From assembly GCA_964199315.1 (NCBI GenBank), contig OZ116709.1, forward strand, positions 8,618,001-8,682,000: a stretch of 64,000 nt of DNA. Direction: 5' to 3'. Origin of the DNA: Orbicella franksi (taxonomy: Eukaryota). The notes beneath the pieces are model-generated. The model was not told the origin of the DNA and did no database searches. It saw only the letters and a program-made list of their open reading frames with translations. Position numbers and translations under genes: made by a program. Position 1 is the first letter of the stretch. Each line of letters starts with the position of its first letter. This document shows, one piece after another, positions 25,701 through 39,096 of the stretch.

Positions 25701-28700
25701 TTTAATAAGATAGAAAAACACCAAGGAGATAATGATAAACCATAAAGGAACAAGGATGGCTAAGGATGGAGAAGATTGACACGGATTACAAACGACGAAT
25801 TTGAAAAATTGAGGCTAAACTTTTCAATATGCGCAAACCGTGACTGAGCTCCTTTAACATCTCTTGATAATTTAGCACAAGTCCACTTGCGTTCTATCAG
25901 GACAGAATGCCGTTGTCGTATTGGCTACGCTACTCACTATATCTATACCATTGTAGATAGTGAGTAGCCTAGCAGTGTGCGCTTGTTAACAAAATGACGG
26001 CCGCTTCTTTTCGTTTCTTATACTAAAACAATATTAGATTATTCGCTCTCGAATGGCTTTCTCCCCTTAATTTGCCAATGGAGATCATATCTTCATCTCG
26101 GAAAGTAACACAGAACCTACGGTAATCGTCTTGTTAACCTTCTTTGCTGCCTTCATACTAAAGGTTCATTTTTGTTTGGTGCTTATTGCAGAGGAGCTCG
26201 AAGAGAACCCTTTCAACACGAATCTGCTGTCCATACGTAACGTGGAGCTCAGTAACAGTTTTAAGAGTCTAGAGTTGGACACGGATTCCTCTCGGGGTAG
26301 TGGAGAGTCTTTAGATTCATTGGCATCTTCTGTTGTTGACGACCAGAGCTTGGTAAGATCAAGAGCGTCAAGTAACGTGCACCAATTGTACCTACACCTA
26401 CAGCTAACTCTCACTCTTACAATTCAGTTCTTTACCGAGACACTTTTAGCTTTTTGATCTATTTTCTTGTTTCCTGCATACGTTTGAGGCCCTGTGTTCT
26501 GCTTGTAAAACGACCTAAATGCTGAAGAAATTTTTCGCCTCAGGATTGTAGTTGTTTCTGTAGCCTTTAATGTGGATTCGTTTTGCATGTGTTTAAAGAT
26601 ACGAGAAAAGGCGCGAAGGTTTTGACGCGTCGTTGAAGTTCTAAGCGCTGATTGTTTAATCTGAAGATGCTTCTGCATTGCGGAAGTGAAAAACGGCGCC
26701 AATTTGATGGCACGTCATTGATGTTCTGCCAGTTGATTGGTTAAAGAAACTAGAGTTGCGAGGTTGAGTTGACCTGTTGTATGTTAGATTTCTCTGCGAA
26801 GCTAACCTCATTTCTTTTTCAAAATACTTTTCCTTGCAGTCTCCTCGCCTCATCCGGAAACAGAAGCTATGTAAGAAAGTCAGTGATACCTCCACGTGCT
26901 CGTTACCATGCTCTCGCATCACAACCTTAATCCTTGTCATCCACGGAGGCACTCAAATAGACACGGGACTGGACCCCACATCACGTGACATGGATTTCAA
27001 ACTACTCCATGATGCATTCGAGGCCGTGATAAATTCTCATTACAAAGGGGCGGTGGGAAAAATTGCGTTGAGACTTGTGGAGTGCCCTGCTATTTGCTCC
27101 AAGGCACTTAATCTGTTGTCTCAGCTGTGTCCTTATTCGGAGAGTGATTCAGGTAAGGAGGTGAATTCCGTGAAACAGTCAACATTAACAACAACAACAA
27201 AAATCTTATTTTACTTTAGAGTTAGAGAGTACAATATTGTATTGTAAAAACAAAAATGATAGGGGTGGTGGCTGCGCGAAATAGCCTAAGAGTTAAAAAT
27301 GCCAGGCAGCTAGTGAAAAGAAGAGATATTTTACATGTTTAGGTCAGAGGCCCAAATAAACAAACAAACAAACAAACAAACATAGACACAAATAAATAGA
27401 AATAAACAATTGTAAGCTAACTACCAGTAGACTTAAGTTCTTATATTGCAAATCAGTGTTTTTATCCAAGAGGAGCGATGTACAAATATCTAATAATCTC
27501 TGATTAAGTGTTGTTTCATTTTCTTTTTAAAAACCAAGACAATGAAGCTGGTTTCATATCTTCATCGATGGAATTCCATAGTGATGGGCCTTGAAATCTT
27601 ATGTTGAATATTCTGAAAATTTCAGTGTCAGTGAAATAAGATAAAAATTAATTAATGTTTCTTCTTTTGATTTTCTGGTTTTCAGATGTGGCTAGTGTCA
27701 ACAGCGGTTTCACTCCAGTTTCCAGTAGTTTTCCTCTGAGCGCAATTTCTCTCATGGTTTCTTCCTCGCCATTTTATGACGAGGCGGTAAATTCCATGGT
27801 AGTCGCCACAAACATGGCTTATAAGGAATTTCTTAGATCTGACGAAGGCCAAGGGTTTAGAGGAGAGGTGGGTACAAACATTAGACATGGCTTCTAGTGT
27901 AAATTGTCATCCTGATGTCCATGATGTCCATTGTTGTTAACTCTGGCGTTGTTACGTTCGGTTTGACTCTTGAACGTTTTTAAAGTTGTGTGCTGTGGTT
28001 TTGGTTTCGTTAAGTTTTTTGGCTTGACCAGAAAGCGCGCGCAACATCACGGGGCGCAAGACTCGTGCACCTTGTGTCAACCAATCAGAAGAACATCCTG
28101 TTTCACCAGCCAATCAAGGGAGTAAACCTAAGACTCATTTGTCTTACGTTATGTTCCCGCCCTTATTGCGGATTGTACATCGTGTTTCCAGATGTGATTG
28201 GCTCATTCCGCTTTGGTAGCACTGTCATTGGCTCTTCAAGTGGATTGTTCCGATTTTACTTTCATGGAAGTCTTTGAACGAGGGGTCAAACTTCGCGGTT
28301 AGCTGCCATTTACCTCAGATGAATGACAAAATTTGTCGAGTCAGTTGTCTTGGAACCCTGATATTTTGCCATTAAAGTGGTACTTTTTTAAGGTAAATCG
28401 GCGTTTGAGAGTTACCATCTACATATGGAGTTTCGCTCAGTTGACGTTTCTTATGCGCTGTTTTATGTCTCTATCTCAGGTTTGTCTTCTTGGTGACTGT
28501 ATGGGCGCCCTGCTCGCGTACGATGCTCTAACCTTGAGTGTGAACAATTTACGAAGTAGGACTCAGAGTTTCCTCTCGAATACGGCTATGCTTTCCCCAA
28601 ACGCTGCCTCGTCCGCGCCGCAAAACACGGCAGAGACAAACGGCGGCGTGCCAAGAAAACCTCGGCGCATCAGCAGTCACACGCCGCCAAGTAAAAGCAA

Positions 28701-31700
28701 CCTGGAGAACTCACACAACCTTCGACTCAGTCTAAGCAGTGGAAACATCCGAGAAAACGTCGACCCTGAAAGAGACGAAATGATCACTTCGCCTCCGGTT
28801 GAAGAGATGGAGGACAACGTTATGAACTCACCGCGTCCTCTAAGCAAGGCGGCCAGACTGCAGACGTTTAGTTTCGAGACCATGTCGCTCTCCGTTGATT
28901 CAGTGGATCAAGTTATGTTTGATTTTGAAGTGTGCAAATTTTTCGCGTTTGGTTCGCCTATTGGACTTGTGTTAGCTTATCGTAGGTTCTTGAATGGAGA
29001 GGATAGAGATCGAGGAAGTCTCGGTGAGAATTGATTGTCAGTCGATTAGTTTTCTTTTTCTGTTATGTAATATTAATTTTTGTTTTCGAAACCCTGACTC
29101 TCGTTAAGTCAAAGCTCAAGTCAATTTACATTTAACGTTTTTCTTCTGTTTTAAGTGTCTGTCGATAATACCCTAGTGTGTGACCATTCAAATGAGAGCT
29201 ATTGAGCAGTGCTTTCATGTGGTACCGTTTATAACGCTCCACAATGTGGTTCTGTGGTCTTTGGATGATGAAACCCTACTGTGACCATTCAAATGAAAGA
29301 TATTGAGCAATACCTTCATATGGTACTGTTAATTACTCTCCGCAAGTTGGTTCTAACTTTTTTCAAGTCTGTGGATGATTAAACCTTCGTGTGTAACTAT
29401 TCAAGTGAAAGCAACAGAGCAGTATTTTCATGTGGTACTGTTTGTTATGCTGCACAAGGTGTTCTTAACTTTTTGCAAGTCTATGGATGATAAAACTCTA
29501 GTGATTGGTCATTCAAGTGCAATATATTTAGCTGTGTTTTCATGAACTGTATAGGGTCGCTCCCATTTTCGAGTCTGTGGATGAACCCCAGCTTATGACG
29601 ATTGAAATATAAGCTGTTCGTGTAGTGCTGTTTAAAATGTTGTTCAAGGTGGTTCTGAAGACCCTTGCAAGTCATTCTAACCATTTACTTCTTGTTCCCC
29701 AGCTGTGCCACCAAAGCCTGCTTGTAACCAAGTCTACAACCTGTTTCACCCCTTCGACCCGTCGGCGTCCCGAATCGAACCTTTGATCATGAGCCAGTTT
29801 AATCAAATCCCGACCGTAAGCGTACCTCGTTACCACCGGTTTCCATTAGGTGATGGCCAATCACATCTCCTTAATAACGTCATCGGTGCTTATCCAGAGT
29901 TGTTTGTGGCGCAGCCGCCCTTGACTCCTGGTGCCAGGTCCCGCCCGGGCATGGTTAGACGAGGAGACAGCAATCTAAGCACAACAAGCCTGGTGTCTAG
30001 TGACAGTTCTGGTGGCACGGACCTGGATATAGGTATGTGTATCCTTTAGTTTCATTCGATCCTTGGCTGTTCTGATCTAATTTTTTCAGTGAATAACTTG
30101 TTTTCAATTTTCTCCCGATTCGTTTATTTAGCACTTTTTCCCTTTTCATTACAATAATACAGTACATTATCATACACTCTTTCAAACTTACTATTTTCTA
30201 ACTTATCTTATTTATTTTAGTACACATACACACTACATACCTCACAACACGCTTTTTACAAACTTTTGACTGAATGTTGCTGTTTCTTTAATAGCGTAGG
30301 TTTTACGAGAGTTGACCTTAAGCCCAACTTAATCGAACCAAACAGGACGGAAAGAGTGAACTTGAAACTCGCATTGAACGTTTTAAGACAAATACTTAGA
30401 TTTGTGATCACGATAGATTGCGTGAAATTTCTTTGGCTGTACTGGACACCTCCCCTCAACAACGGATTTTATTTTCAGTCCAGCTTTGTTCCATCTGATC
30501 TACATTTGTCTTTCAATGTCTTCTTTAAAGAATACGAATGAGTTTGCTTTATATTTATACCACAGTTTACAACCCAACGCTTTTCCAAGTATGAGGGGTT
30601 CTTTCATCACTGTCTGTGTAATCTTGTTCGAGTTTTGCACAATCTTAGTTAATGCTTTTTCTTTTTCATTTTTTTCAGCGACCCAGAATTGGTGGGGCAC
30701 CAAGCGAGTAGACTATGCTCTGTATTGTCCCGAGGGACTTCAGCAGTTTCCCACAGCTGTCCTCTCGCCTCTCTTCCATGTCAGCTACTGGGAGTCCAGT
30801 GACGTGGCTGCATTTGTCGTCAGACAGGTTAGAGAAAAACCGGTTTCACTCTGGCTTGAACTTGTCGTCAGAACTCCATAGCATTTGATCTAATACGAAA
30901 GTCACCTTCGATGCGACCAAAAGGCCCCATCCATACTACGTCGGAGAAGTTTGAAAACGCAGCTTTATTTCTACGGTTAGGCGTACCCTCCACACTAATC
31001 CGTCATGAAAACGGAGCTTTTCGAACACGTTAAGTCTTCAAACTGGAGGAATTTGAAAACGTCGGCTTTCCGTTATAGTGTGGACGGAAAACATTTTGAA
31101 AACGGAGCTTTTCGAAAACAATGACGTCACGATCATCATGTGATATTCCGTGACCGAGTTTTCCTCAAACACAAATCCAAAAACGACTGGTCATTGTTGC
31201 GTTTTCAAATTTCTCCGGCGCACTGTATACAGAAAACATTTGATGCGTTTTCAGAGTGAAAACGCCGCTTTAGTGTATTCGTGGCCTAAGATACCGCTCC
31301 AACTGACAGTCGAATCAGTCTTTTTACGGACACCTCCGTGATACGAACACGTCTATATTACGGAAAGTTTACGTGAACCCAGAGAAACCAGAATTCATAT
31401 CTTTACTTCTATACGGACAGCTTCATAACACGGATGCTCAGTTTTTGCCCCTTGGTGTCTGTATGAAAGAGATCGAACTGTATTGTAAAATGGAAGTTGT
31501 TTTTAAAAGTATCGTCAGTAAAACTCCGAAAAGTAGCGACGTCAAACGCAATTTGAAGAGAAAAGAAGATGGCGAGTGCAACTAGCTACAACAAAACGAT
31601 CTCCATGACATTTATTTCAGATTATACCTATTGCAAAGGCAATAAAAAGTTTTGTTCTGTTTTGACGTAGCATAAGCTCAGTTTTGAACAAGTTTTAATC

Positions 31701-34700
31701 ATTTTTGACTCTCTATATGTTAAAAACATTCTTACATGATTTATCAACCTTGGATGTGTTGAAATATGGTATACGTTTTAGCTATCCGTAAGGTTACGAC
31801 CCTCGGAATATAGCGACACGAAAAGACCGCGAAATCCTAGAGTAACAAGTGTTGCTAAAGGTATTCCACTCGTTACATTACGTTTTTGTCAATGCAGTTT
31901 TCTGCTGTTCTTTCACACAGATTCTTCATGGGGAGTGGGACATTTCAAGTGTTTCGTCTCCCAATAAAAGAATCCAAACGTTTAGTCCTTCCGAGCCCAG
32001 AGAGAAGTGGTTAAAACGAAGAACTGCCATCAAAATCAAGGTATTTTGGTTCTATTAGATGTTCCTAATGGTGGTATATGAAAAAAAAAACCCTTCCGTT
32101 TGTAGAGTGCGTTGATATCTCGCTCTATTTCTAGAAAAGTGAGGCATGTAACACAAGTCTCGTGCTGATGTTATATTATTCTCTTGAGTAACCTTCTGGA
32201 AGTAACAGCAGGTCAATTTTTACTTTCTCGCCAACGAACTTTGCGAGCGAAATTTAAACTTATTGCACAGCCCAGTTGTCCAGTTTTGTGGAATATCTGG
32301 GAATCTGGTATATAAGAAAGTAAAAAAAGCTTTTCAAAACGAAAAAAAAACTAGAGGCGAAACAAAAAGGAGCAAACTTTTGTGTTAAATGTTACCCCTA
32401 AGATTCACAATTACGCCAGTTTTTGTTTGAAAGGTTACACTTGAAAGAGTTGTAGTAAAGAGTAAAAGAGTAAAAAAAGTTTTCGAATAAGAGTTTCATC
32501 AAGAGCAACACATGAATACTTCCAGCTGCTATAAGAATCAAAATGGGAATTATTTTGACAAGAATTGCATTGCTATATATCAGCTCAAGACTTCTGACCA
32601 ACAAGAATGCTAAATAATGCTCATATTGCTTTTTATTTTCTCGACAGAACCTGAACGCCAATCATAGAGCTAATGACCGGGTTATACTTGAAGGTGTTGA
32701 CCAGTGTCTCTCAGCAAGGTTCATGTATGGACCTCTGGACATGGTGTCTCTTAGTAACGAGAAGGTAATGAACCTTTCTCTTAGCCCCTACGTAAATGGC
32801 TCCTAGCAACTTGGGTTGGATATTCAGTTTTACATAATAATGAATGCGCGCGCTCTGATTGGTCAATCAGCTATGGTTTATTGTGCCAGTAAACTCATGG
32901 AAATTTTGTGTGTCTTCTGAATTATTATGTAAAAGCAATAGACCACAGGTTTCTATGGTTTAGAGGCAGATAAACCACTTGAGGTGTTGGAAGAACGCTC
33001 GAAGAATTCTTCGAGTGTTCTTCCAACATCCCGCGTGGTTTATCAGCTTATAAACCATAAAAACTTGTGGTCTATTGCTTAATGGTTTATTGACATTGAT
33101 CTGTTTTAGGTTGATATTTACGTCATGACCCAGCCCCCCTCGGGTGAGTACGTTTTGTTTGACACCGTAGTCACCGGAAGTGGAGGAAGATTATCGTGTA
33201 CCATTGCTGAAGAGAAGAAGCTTCCGGTAGGGATTTACCCTGTCAAGTTGGTTGTAAGGTATGTAACGCGTCAAACTTAACTCGCCTCAGCAAACACTAA
33301 AAAAATTAGTGTAACCCGTATGAGACTCCTTGCTGGGAGCATTCCTAACTCCCGAAGATGTTGAATTTGAGCCATTGGTCATAAGGTTGACACTGAACAC
33401 GTTTTAGAGCGCTTTTCACTTGAGTGTTGAAAGTAACTGGATTGTCTGTGTCCTTTGTGATTGGCCAGACTGATTACTTTGGTTTTGGTTTTAGGGCACT
33501 TCATTGAAAACCGTTGTTTTCAACCGTACTATAATACGTGGTAATATTAAAGCATCTGCGTTCGTTTATGACTTCTTTCTGTCCCGTTGTCTTTATCTTG
33601 TCATGTTTTATCGTCATCAAAAGATAGTTTTGTATGCTGTAAGCCGCACAAAAAGAAGTCATATATCCCATCTAAAAAGTCATGTGGTCGCTCTAACCCC
33701 AAACCTTTTGAGGCCGTGTTTGTGTCTACTTGGTGCTAAGGTGAAGGGTAATCTCCGCACTTATTGTACATTGCCAAGTAGACAGGTTACCAGAAGGAAA
33801 AGTATTGAACTGCTATCGTCTTGATTCTGAGAACAATCGTGTGACATTTAGTAACGAGAATTAATATTTCAAGCTTTCTGTTTTCAGAGGCGATCATACT
33901 TGGGTAGACAGCAACCTGGCCGTTTTACCGCCCAAGACAGAGGCGGTGGTATTCAGTATCGACGGCTCATTTGCGGCCAGCGTCTCCATTCGTGGAAAAG
34001 ACCCAAAAGTCCGTGCAGGTGCCGTGGATGTCGTAAGGTAAGTTCTGGCAAGTACTCTGTTTTGTGTTGTCGTACAACTCAGCTACGAAAAGGGTGGTAA
34101 ACGTCCCTCACATCGCGAACTTGTCACAACAAAATAAGACAGAAAAAGCAGCATTTCAGTTCCTTTTATGCTGTACGAGGAAAGCGTGTTATGGTGATAA
34201 ATCATCAGTATAGCAGGGTATTTGGAAAGGAAATTCCTGTAGAAAGAAACGCTCCCTTCTTGTTATGATATTTAAACGTACCACTCCTCCCCCTCCAAAC
34301 CCTGTTGTGGTAAGATTATTTTACTTCCTTGCCGTCCCCTCCTCAGTCAAGTTTTCTTTCCTTATAGGCATTGGCAGGAGTTAGGATTCTTGATCGTGTA
34401 CGTCACAAGTAGACCTGATTTTCAAAAGATGAAGGTTATGGCTTGGCTTGCTGAGCATAACTTCCCCTATGGGCTTGTTACGTTTGGTAATGGCATCTCA
34501 AAGGATCTTCAGAGACATAAAACCGAGTTTCTTCGTTATCTAGTCAACGATGTAAGTAATTTGTTAGTGTATAAAGCGCGGTCTAGACGAAGGTTTGAAC
34601 GATGAGTGTACTGTGATTGCCCTCCAACTCCTCGTGAGCATGGGTGAAGCGAGATAAAACTCTCGATAGCTTTCAAGGCAAATTTGAGTAGGTTTATATT

Positions 34701-36018
34701 CCACGCAAGCGCACGAGAGTCGACGAGAGTCACCGGTAGCGCACGAGAGTCTGCGAAAATTCGATGGGAGTCCCCGAGAGCTCACGAAAGTCACACGAGA
34801 GTCAGAGCAACACGAGAGCTCAGAGCAACACGAGAGCTCTGAGCAACACGAAAGCGGGAGTTTGAAATCTTGTCAACTGATGCTTGACAAGAGTTTACGG
34901 AAAACGAGTTTGGAGATATAATAGTGAATAATAAATATAAGACATAGATAATGAAATGGACGGAACCACAATCTTGCTCCCATTGTAGAATTAGGGATAC
35001 ACTGTTGTTTTCTATTAAATACTTGTTTGTTTATTCTTAGTGTCAAGTGCTGATCCACGCAGCGTACGGATCAGTGAAAGACATATCAGTGTATGCATCT
35101 GTTTGTGTCAAGCCGCATCAGATATACACCGTGGGAAAACACCATCCAAGGAAATACGCAAAACAAGCTCAGGTAAGTGTTGGCGTCTCTTTTGAGCTGT
35201 TCAAATTCGGGTAAAAGGAGGTCTTGAAGTATTGTATCCCCGAGATACTAGGAAAATCGAACAAGAACGTACCTCTCAATGGTAGCTGTCTTTGATTTCC
35301 GGTTGGAACACTAGAGTTACACGAGTGCGCAGGGCTTACATCCATTTAGACTTTGCTCGCGCGTAAAGTTAGCATTTCAAACCAGAAACCCAAATGATCG
35401 ACTTAGAGTAAGTTTAGAAGTTACTGGAGGCGCCATGGCTTGATGGTTAGTGCGCTGAATCTCGGATCGAGTGGTGTGGGTTTGAGCTCGTGGTCGATGT
35501 GTTGTGTTGTGCGGCAAAACACTTTGTTCTTACAATAATCCTCTCTATGCAAAAGCGTAAAGGAGTACTGGCGAACTGTTGAAGCAACTCGACAGAATCC
35601 TAAACGTTTACTTGCAATGGGCTATAGTCGCGCAATGCCACAGAAAGCGCAGTTGCTTCGTCCAGTGCATTGGACTAGAACATACTTTAACTGCTGAAAA
35701 GATTATGAATCTCAATCAACCATTTTTTGTTGTTGTTTTCAGTTCTTAAAGGATGGCTATGCAGCTCATCTAACCGCACTTTCTAGTGAAACAATCTCCA
35801 GACCTGCTGTGGGAAATTCTCGTTTGATTCTCAGGCGAGGTTGTTTCGGCCTACCCTCGCGTGCGTCCAAGACGAGACACAAGATCAAACGTTCTATTTC
35901 AGACAGGCCCTCACCTGATTCCGATAAAGAGTGCTCGTCAACCTTATCGGGAACATTCAATTACTCTTCCTTTAGATACACTAAGGGGCGATCTGTGAGC
36001 AAGTTTGATGAACAATAG
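13780..36018 (+). CDS. PITPNM: Membrane-associated phosphatidylinositol transfer protein (PITPNM/Nir2/rdgB; PITP, FFAT, DDHD and LNS2 domains), 18 exons, 1330 aa
   Basis: Exons: 13780-13857, 21362-21649, 22094-22142, 23011-23213, 24280-24847, 26192-26352, 26840-27152, 27686-27867, 28480-29023, 29703-30032, 30679-30827, 31921-32040, 32648-32764, 33110-33258, 33888-34037, 34368-34551, 35041-35172, 35743-36018. All introns are GT-AG, phases agree, total 3993 nt. Motifs: [56 protein letters not shown] (FFAT), [15 protein letters not shown] (DDHD), [23 protein letters not shown] (LNS2). Confidence 0.97.
16553..16855 (-). mobile_element. tRNA-derived SINE (family also at 58657-58901 and 35426-35600)
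   Basis: On the minus strand: GTGGCCTCATGGTTAGTGCACTTGACTCTGGATC (A box), GGTTTGAGCCCTGGC (B box), a conserved core and a CTTTACC-type tail. Confidence 0.85.
17641..17838. mobile_element. MITE with TAGTGTAAATCTACTAG terminal inverted repeats
   Basis: tagtgtaaatctactagtcgttcta ... tagaacgctagtagatttatacta. A related copy in opposite orientation lies near 25870-26050. Confidence 0.6.
18047..18235. mobile_element. MITE (same family as 1154-1338)
   Basis: ttccagaaaatgtccat ... atggatattttctggaa inverted termini. Confidence 0.7.
19934..20109. mobile_element. Tc1/mariner (Tigger-type) MITE
   Basis: TA|CAGTTGGA...TTCAACTG|TA. Confidence 0.65.
21148..21325. mobile_element. Tc1/mariner (Tigger-type) MITE
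   Basis: TA|CAGTTGAACCCC...GGGGTTGAACTG|TA, ending about 35 nt upstream of PITPNM exon 2. Confidence 0.7.
25616..25857. mobile_element. ~240-bp MITE with a TTAA target site (Kolobok-like by inference), copy 1
   Basis: TTAA-AGGGGATCAGTCACGGT ... ACCGTGACTGAGCTCCT-TTAA. Further copies at 36543-36784 and 38857-39096. Confidence 0.75.
29172..29660. repeat. Degenerate ~100-110-bp satellite, about 5 units, in PITPNM intron 9
   Basis: TGACCATTCAAATGA(R)AG...TTTCATGTGGTAC...GGTTCT...GTCTGTGGATGA recurs near 29181, 29282, 29394, 29506 and 29596. Confidence 0.85.
30922..31287. mobile_element. PIF/Harbinger-like MITE
   Basis: AGGCCCC...GGCCT termini; internal sequence shared with 10829-11150. Confidence 0.7.
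32933..33080. repeat. 148-bp near-perfect palindrome (foldback element)
   Basis: AAGCAATAGACCAC...GTGGTCTATTGCTT arms centred on GAAGAATTCTTC (33001-33012). Confidence 0.9.
35426..35600 (+). mobile_element. Degenerate 5' part of the tRNA-derived SINE family
   Basis: GGAGGCGCCATGGCTTGATGGTTAGTGCGCTGAATCTCGGATCGAG matches the reverse complement of the 16553-16855 copy. Confidence 0.65.
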
Positions 36019-36542
36019 CTTTTCAAGGTATCTTTGTTGGTAAGAAATGTTCCACTTTAGCATTGAATCTAGAGAATCGATGCGTGTAGTTTAAGATAGT
36101 TTTTCTTCCTTATTAGGATGTGCGTCATGGTTTTCTGAGGCGGGAGAAAAACAAGATGTTGGCCCGCGGGTAACGCGCGTGTCGTTCGCCTGTCGCGCGA
36201 GGTGGGTGAAGAAACCACTGCTGTTTTCAAACTGTTAAACAGCCTCTTTACTTGTGTTTGGCAAAAAACGGCTAACCTTTTATATGACAGGAACTTAATT
36301 AATAATTTTTCTTTCGAGGCCGCCAACGTCATGCGACACTTCGCTCACTGAAATGTTGCGTGACATCCCAAATGACGTTTATGAATCAGAATAAACTAAT
36401 TAGGGGCTCTTAAAGCAAGCGTATCTGTCTTCACGGGCTTGCCAATTATAGTTCATCTTTATTTTTTAAACGGTCAAAACATATTTATGCATGACAAAGA
36501 CACCGTGGCGAGAGTGGGACAGCAACGATTTTCGCTTCTCTG

Positions 36543-36784
36543 AAAAGGAGCTCAGTCACGGTATTTTGAAATATTTTGGCCGCGTACAAAACTATCTTTA
36601 AATTGAAGGAAACCTGAAATAATATATAACTAAGACAGAAAAACACCAAAGAGATGCTAGTAAATCGTAAAGGAGCAAGAATGGTTAAGAGTGGAGAGGA
36701 TTGACGCGGATTACAAACGACAAGCTTGAAAAATTTAGGCTAAGATTTTCAAGATGCGCAAACCGTGACGTAGCTCCTTTTTAA
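36543..36784. mobile_element. ~240-bp TTAA-type MITE, copy 2
   Basis: AGGAGCTCAGTCACGGT ... ACCGTGACGTAGCTCCT, with an interior matching copy 1. Confidence 0.75.
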
Positions 36785-37993
36785 GAGGTTGCGTGACGAC
36801 GCAAAGAATGTTTTCGAACTGGTCATGAAGTAGGCGAAGATTTCGTGTCATTTTATCACGTTGTCACGTAATCTTGTCACAATATCACCACACCTAACCA
36901 AGTAACCTCGCTGAACTGTTAGGTTCTCTCTCAGTTTTCGTCCCTTTTCTTTCCCTCACGGTCTCTCGAGTATTTGGCTAAATGTTCCTGTACTTGTTTG
37001 TTCAAGCAGTTGTAAATAATACTTAGAGTGTATCTATAACCAAATAGTTAGTTGTAAATGTTATTCATTTGTAAATTTTTGTAGATACAAGGTGTAGTTT
37101 TTCCTGAACTTTAACTGCGGAGTGCTCCTTCGTTATTTTCCCAGTAGTTAGGTAACGTTATTTAAGTTGAAACTATCAGTAACTAAAAAGTATACTCTGA
37201 AAGTTGTCTGTGTGTATAATAGAGAAGAAACGAAATCAAAATTTCTCGAAGACTTGATCTTCCTGAAGAGAGCAGATATACCAATTTTAAAACAAATACC
37301 TTAATAATAATATCTAGATACAGATTTAAGGTATACACTTATCACACCTGGCTGGTCCAATCACAATCGAGTATTTTACTGATGGTGTGTTTTAGTGGTC
37401 TAGGCTGCGTCCAGTACTTTTGACAAATGTATTTAATTAAAAAATTATGTGATTAATTGAAAAAATCTAATTTTAATTATAAATTTGATGTTATTCGAAT
37501 GCAATATCATTGGATGTTCTGTTCAGTTTGCTTTTCCCATTTGTAACATCGGTAGATTTTATAAATGAAACTTCTTTTTTATTATACAGACCACACTGTA
37601 ATGTTATCATTGCCAACAAAATCTAAACCGCAAAAACGGAAATCTTCCCAGAAAGTAAAAGACGGCTTGTAAAAACTTGTGCATAATTGTCTCTGTTTGC
37701 CGGGAACCCGAAATCGCCTTGTTGCCGCTTTCGAAAAGTGTTTTATCGACCGAATTATAAAGGGACTGTACATTGTGAGTTACAAGGATATTTAAAGATA
37801 ATAATAATTTAAATTAATTTATAGGATCAATGATTTACTCTTGAAATGTTCACTTATTTATGGACTTAACTGTTGAGTCTTGCTGAAAAATATGCTATCT
37901 GGTAATATGGCATTAATTTATTCCTTTGGAAATCACCAAGAATTTTTTCTACAACCATTTCTCGGCGGAATCATTCCGTTAACCGAAGGCTGT

Positions 37994-38155
37994 CACGTGT
38001 TGCGTTCAAATTCCATTCACTGATTGGTCGGGTAAAGTTGTCGGTGTTTTTCATTGGTCCATAGCACGTGAACAGTAAATGAAACGCTGGCATTTCTCTA
38101 CTGTATCACGTGTGCTCTTAACGGGAGAGTGTTTATATGGTCGTTGTATCACGTG
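37994..38155. promoter_or_regulatory. Homotypic cluster of four CACGTG E-boxes plus CCAAT boxes
   Basis: CACGTG at 37994, 38065, 38107 and 38150; CTGATTGG at 38020; CATTGG near 38052. Regulatory function is inferred. Confidence 0.45.
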
Positions 38156-38856
38156 ACCCAGTTTTTACAACCAGTCGAAGCATAGGAAAGTTCTTGGTGT
38201 GTTCAAACATAAAAGTAACAATAGAGGTTTGTGTGTGCCTCACTTTAAATAACTCAGGGTGATGTAAACACTTGAGTGACCTGGTGAACATCCCAGTCTC
38301 TGAGGTTCGCGTGTTTACATTACGCTGTCTCTTCATTTTCCTAAAATAACATTTTCTTGTTCAACTGAACGTTGAAAATACCTGTAGTGTGAGATTCTGC
38401 CTGTTTTCGCCTTAAGGGACCTCGTGATATTTGTACCACGCTCTTATTTTTTTTTAGTTTTCTTTTCTTTATTTGAAGAGTTTTAAATTTACGTAGCTTA
38501 TTAAATATCTAAAGCAGTCGTTAGGATGTGCATTGTTTGTAATATATCTACCTTTTAAGATTGTTGCAATGTATTAAAGTTTTGTGTTAATATAGCTGAT
38601 CTAAACAGATATTCGCTTTAGCAACTTTTTGTAGATTAGCGTGCTGATTATTTAAATACAATTTAAATAATCTTGTTTTCTTGAATAATTGTTCCTCTTC
38701 GAAATTTCACCCTTCTTTTGTCGCATCAAAATGTTATCCAGTTAGAAAATCATCTTTGAATCGTCAGCTACAGCAAAGTTACTGAAACAGGCTCCATGTA
38801 TTTGTCTTTTTTTCGATGATCGGCAGAGCTCTATAATGAACGCGTCCTTCGCCGTG

Positions 38857-39096
38857 TAAGGGAGCTCAGCCACAGTATTTTGAGTTATCTTGGCGATGTA
38901 CAAAATTGCCTTAAATTGAAGAAAACTTGAAAATAATAGTTTACTAAGATAGAAAAACACCAAAAAGATAATAATAAGCCATAAAGAAACAAGGATGGCT
39001 GAGGATGGAGAAGATTAACACGGATTACAAACGACGACCTTGAAAAATTTAGGCTAAACTTATCAAGATGCGCAAACTGTGACTGAGCGCCTTTAA
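38857..39096. mobile_element. ~240-bp TTAA-type MITE, copy 3
   Basis: AGGGAGCTCAGCCACAGT ... ACTGTGACTGAGCGCCT-TTAA. Confidence 0.75.
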
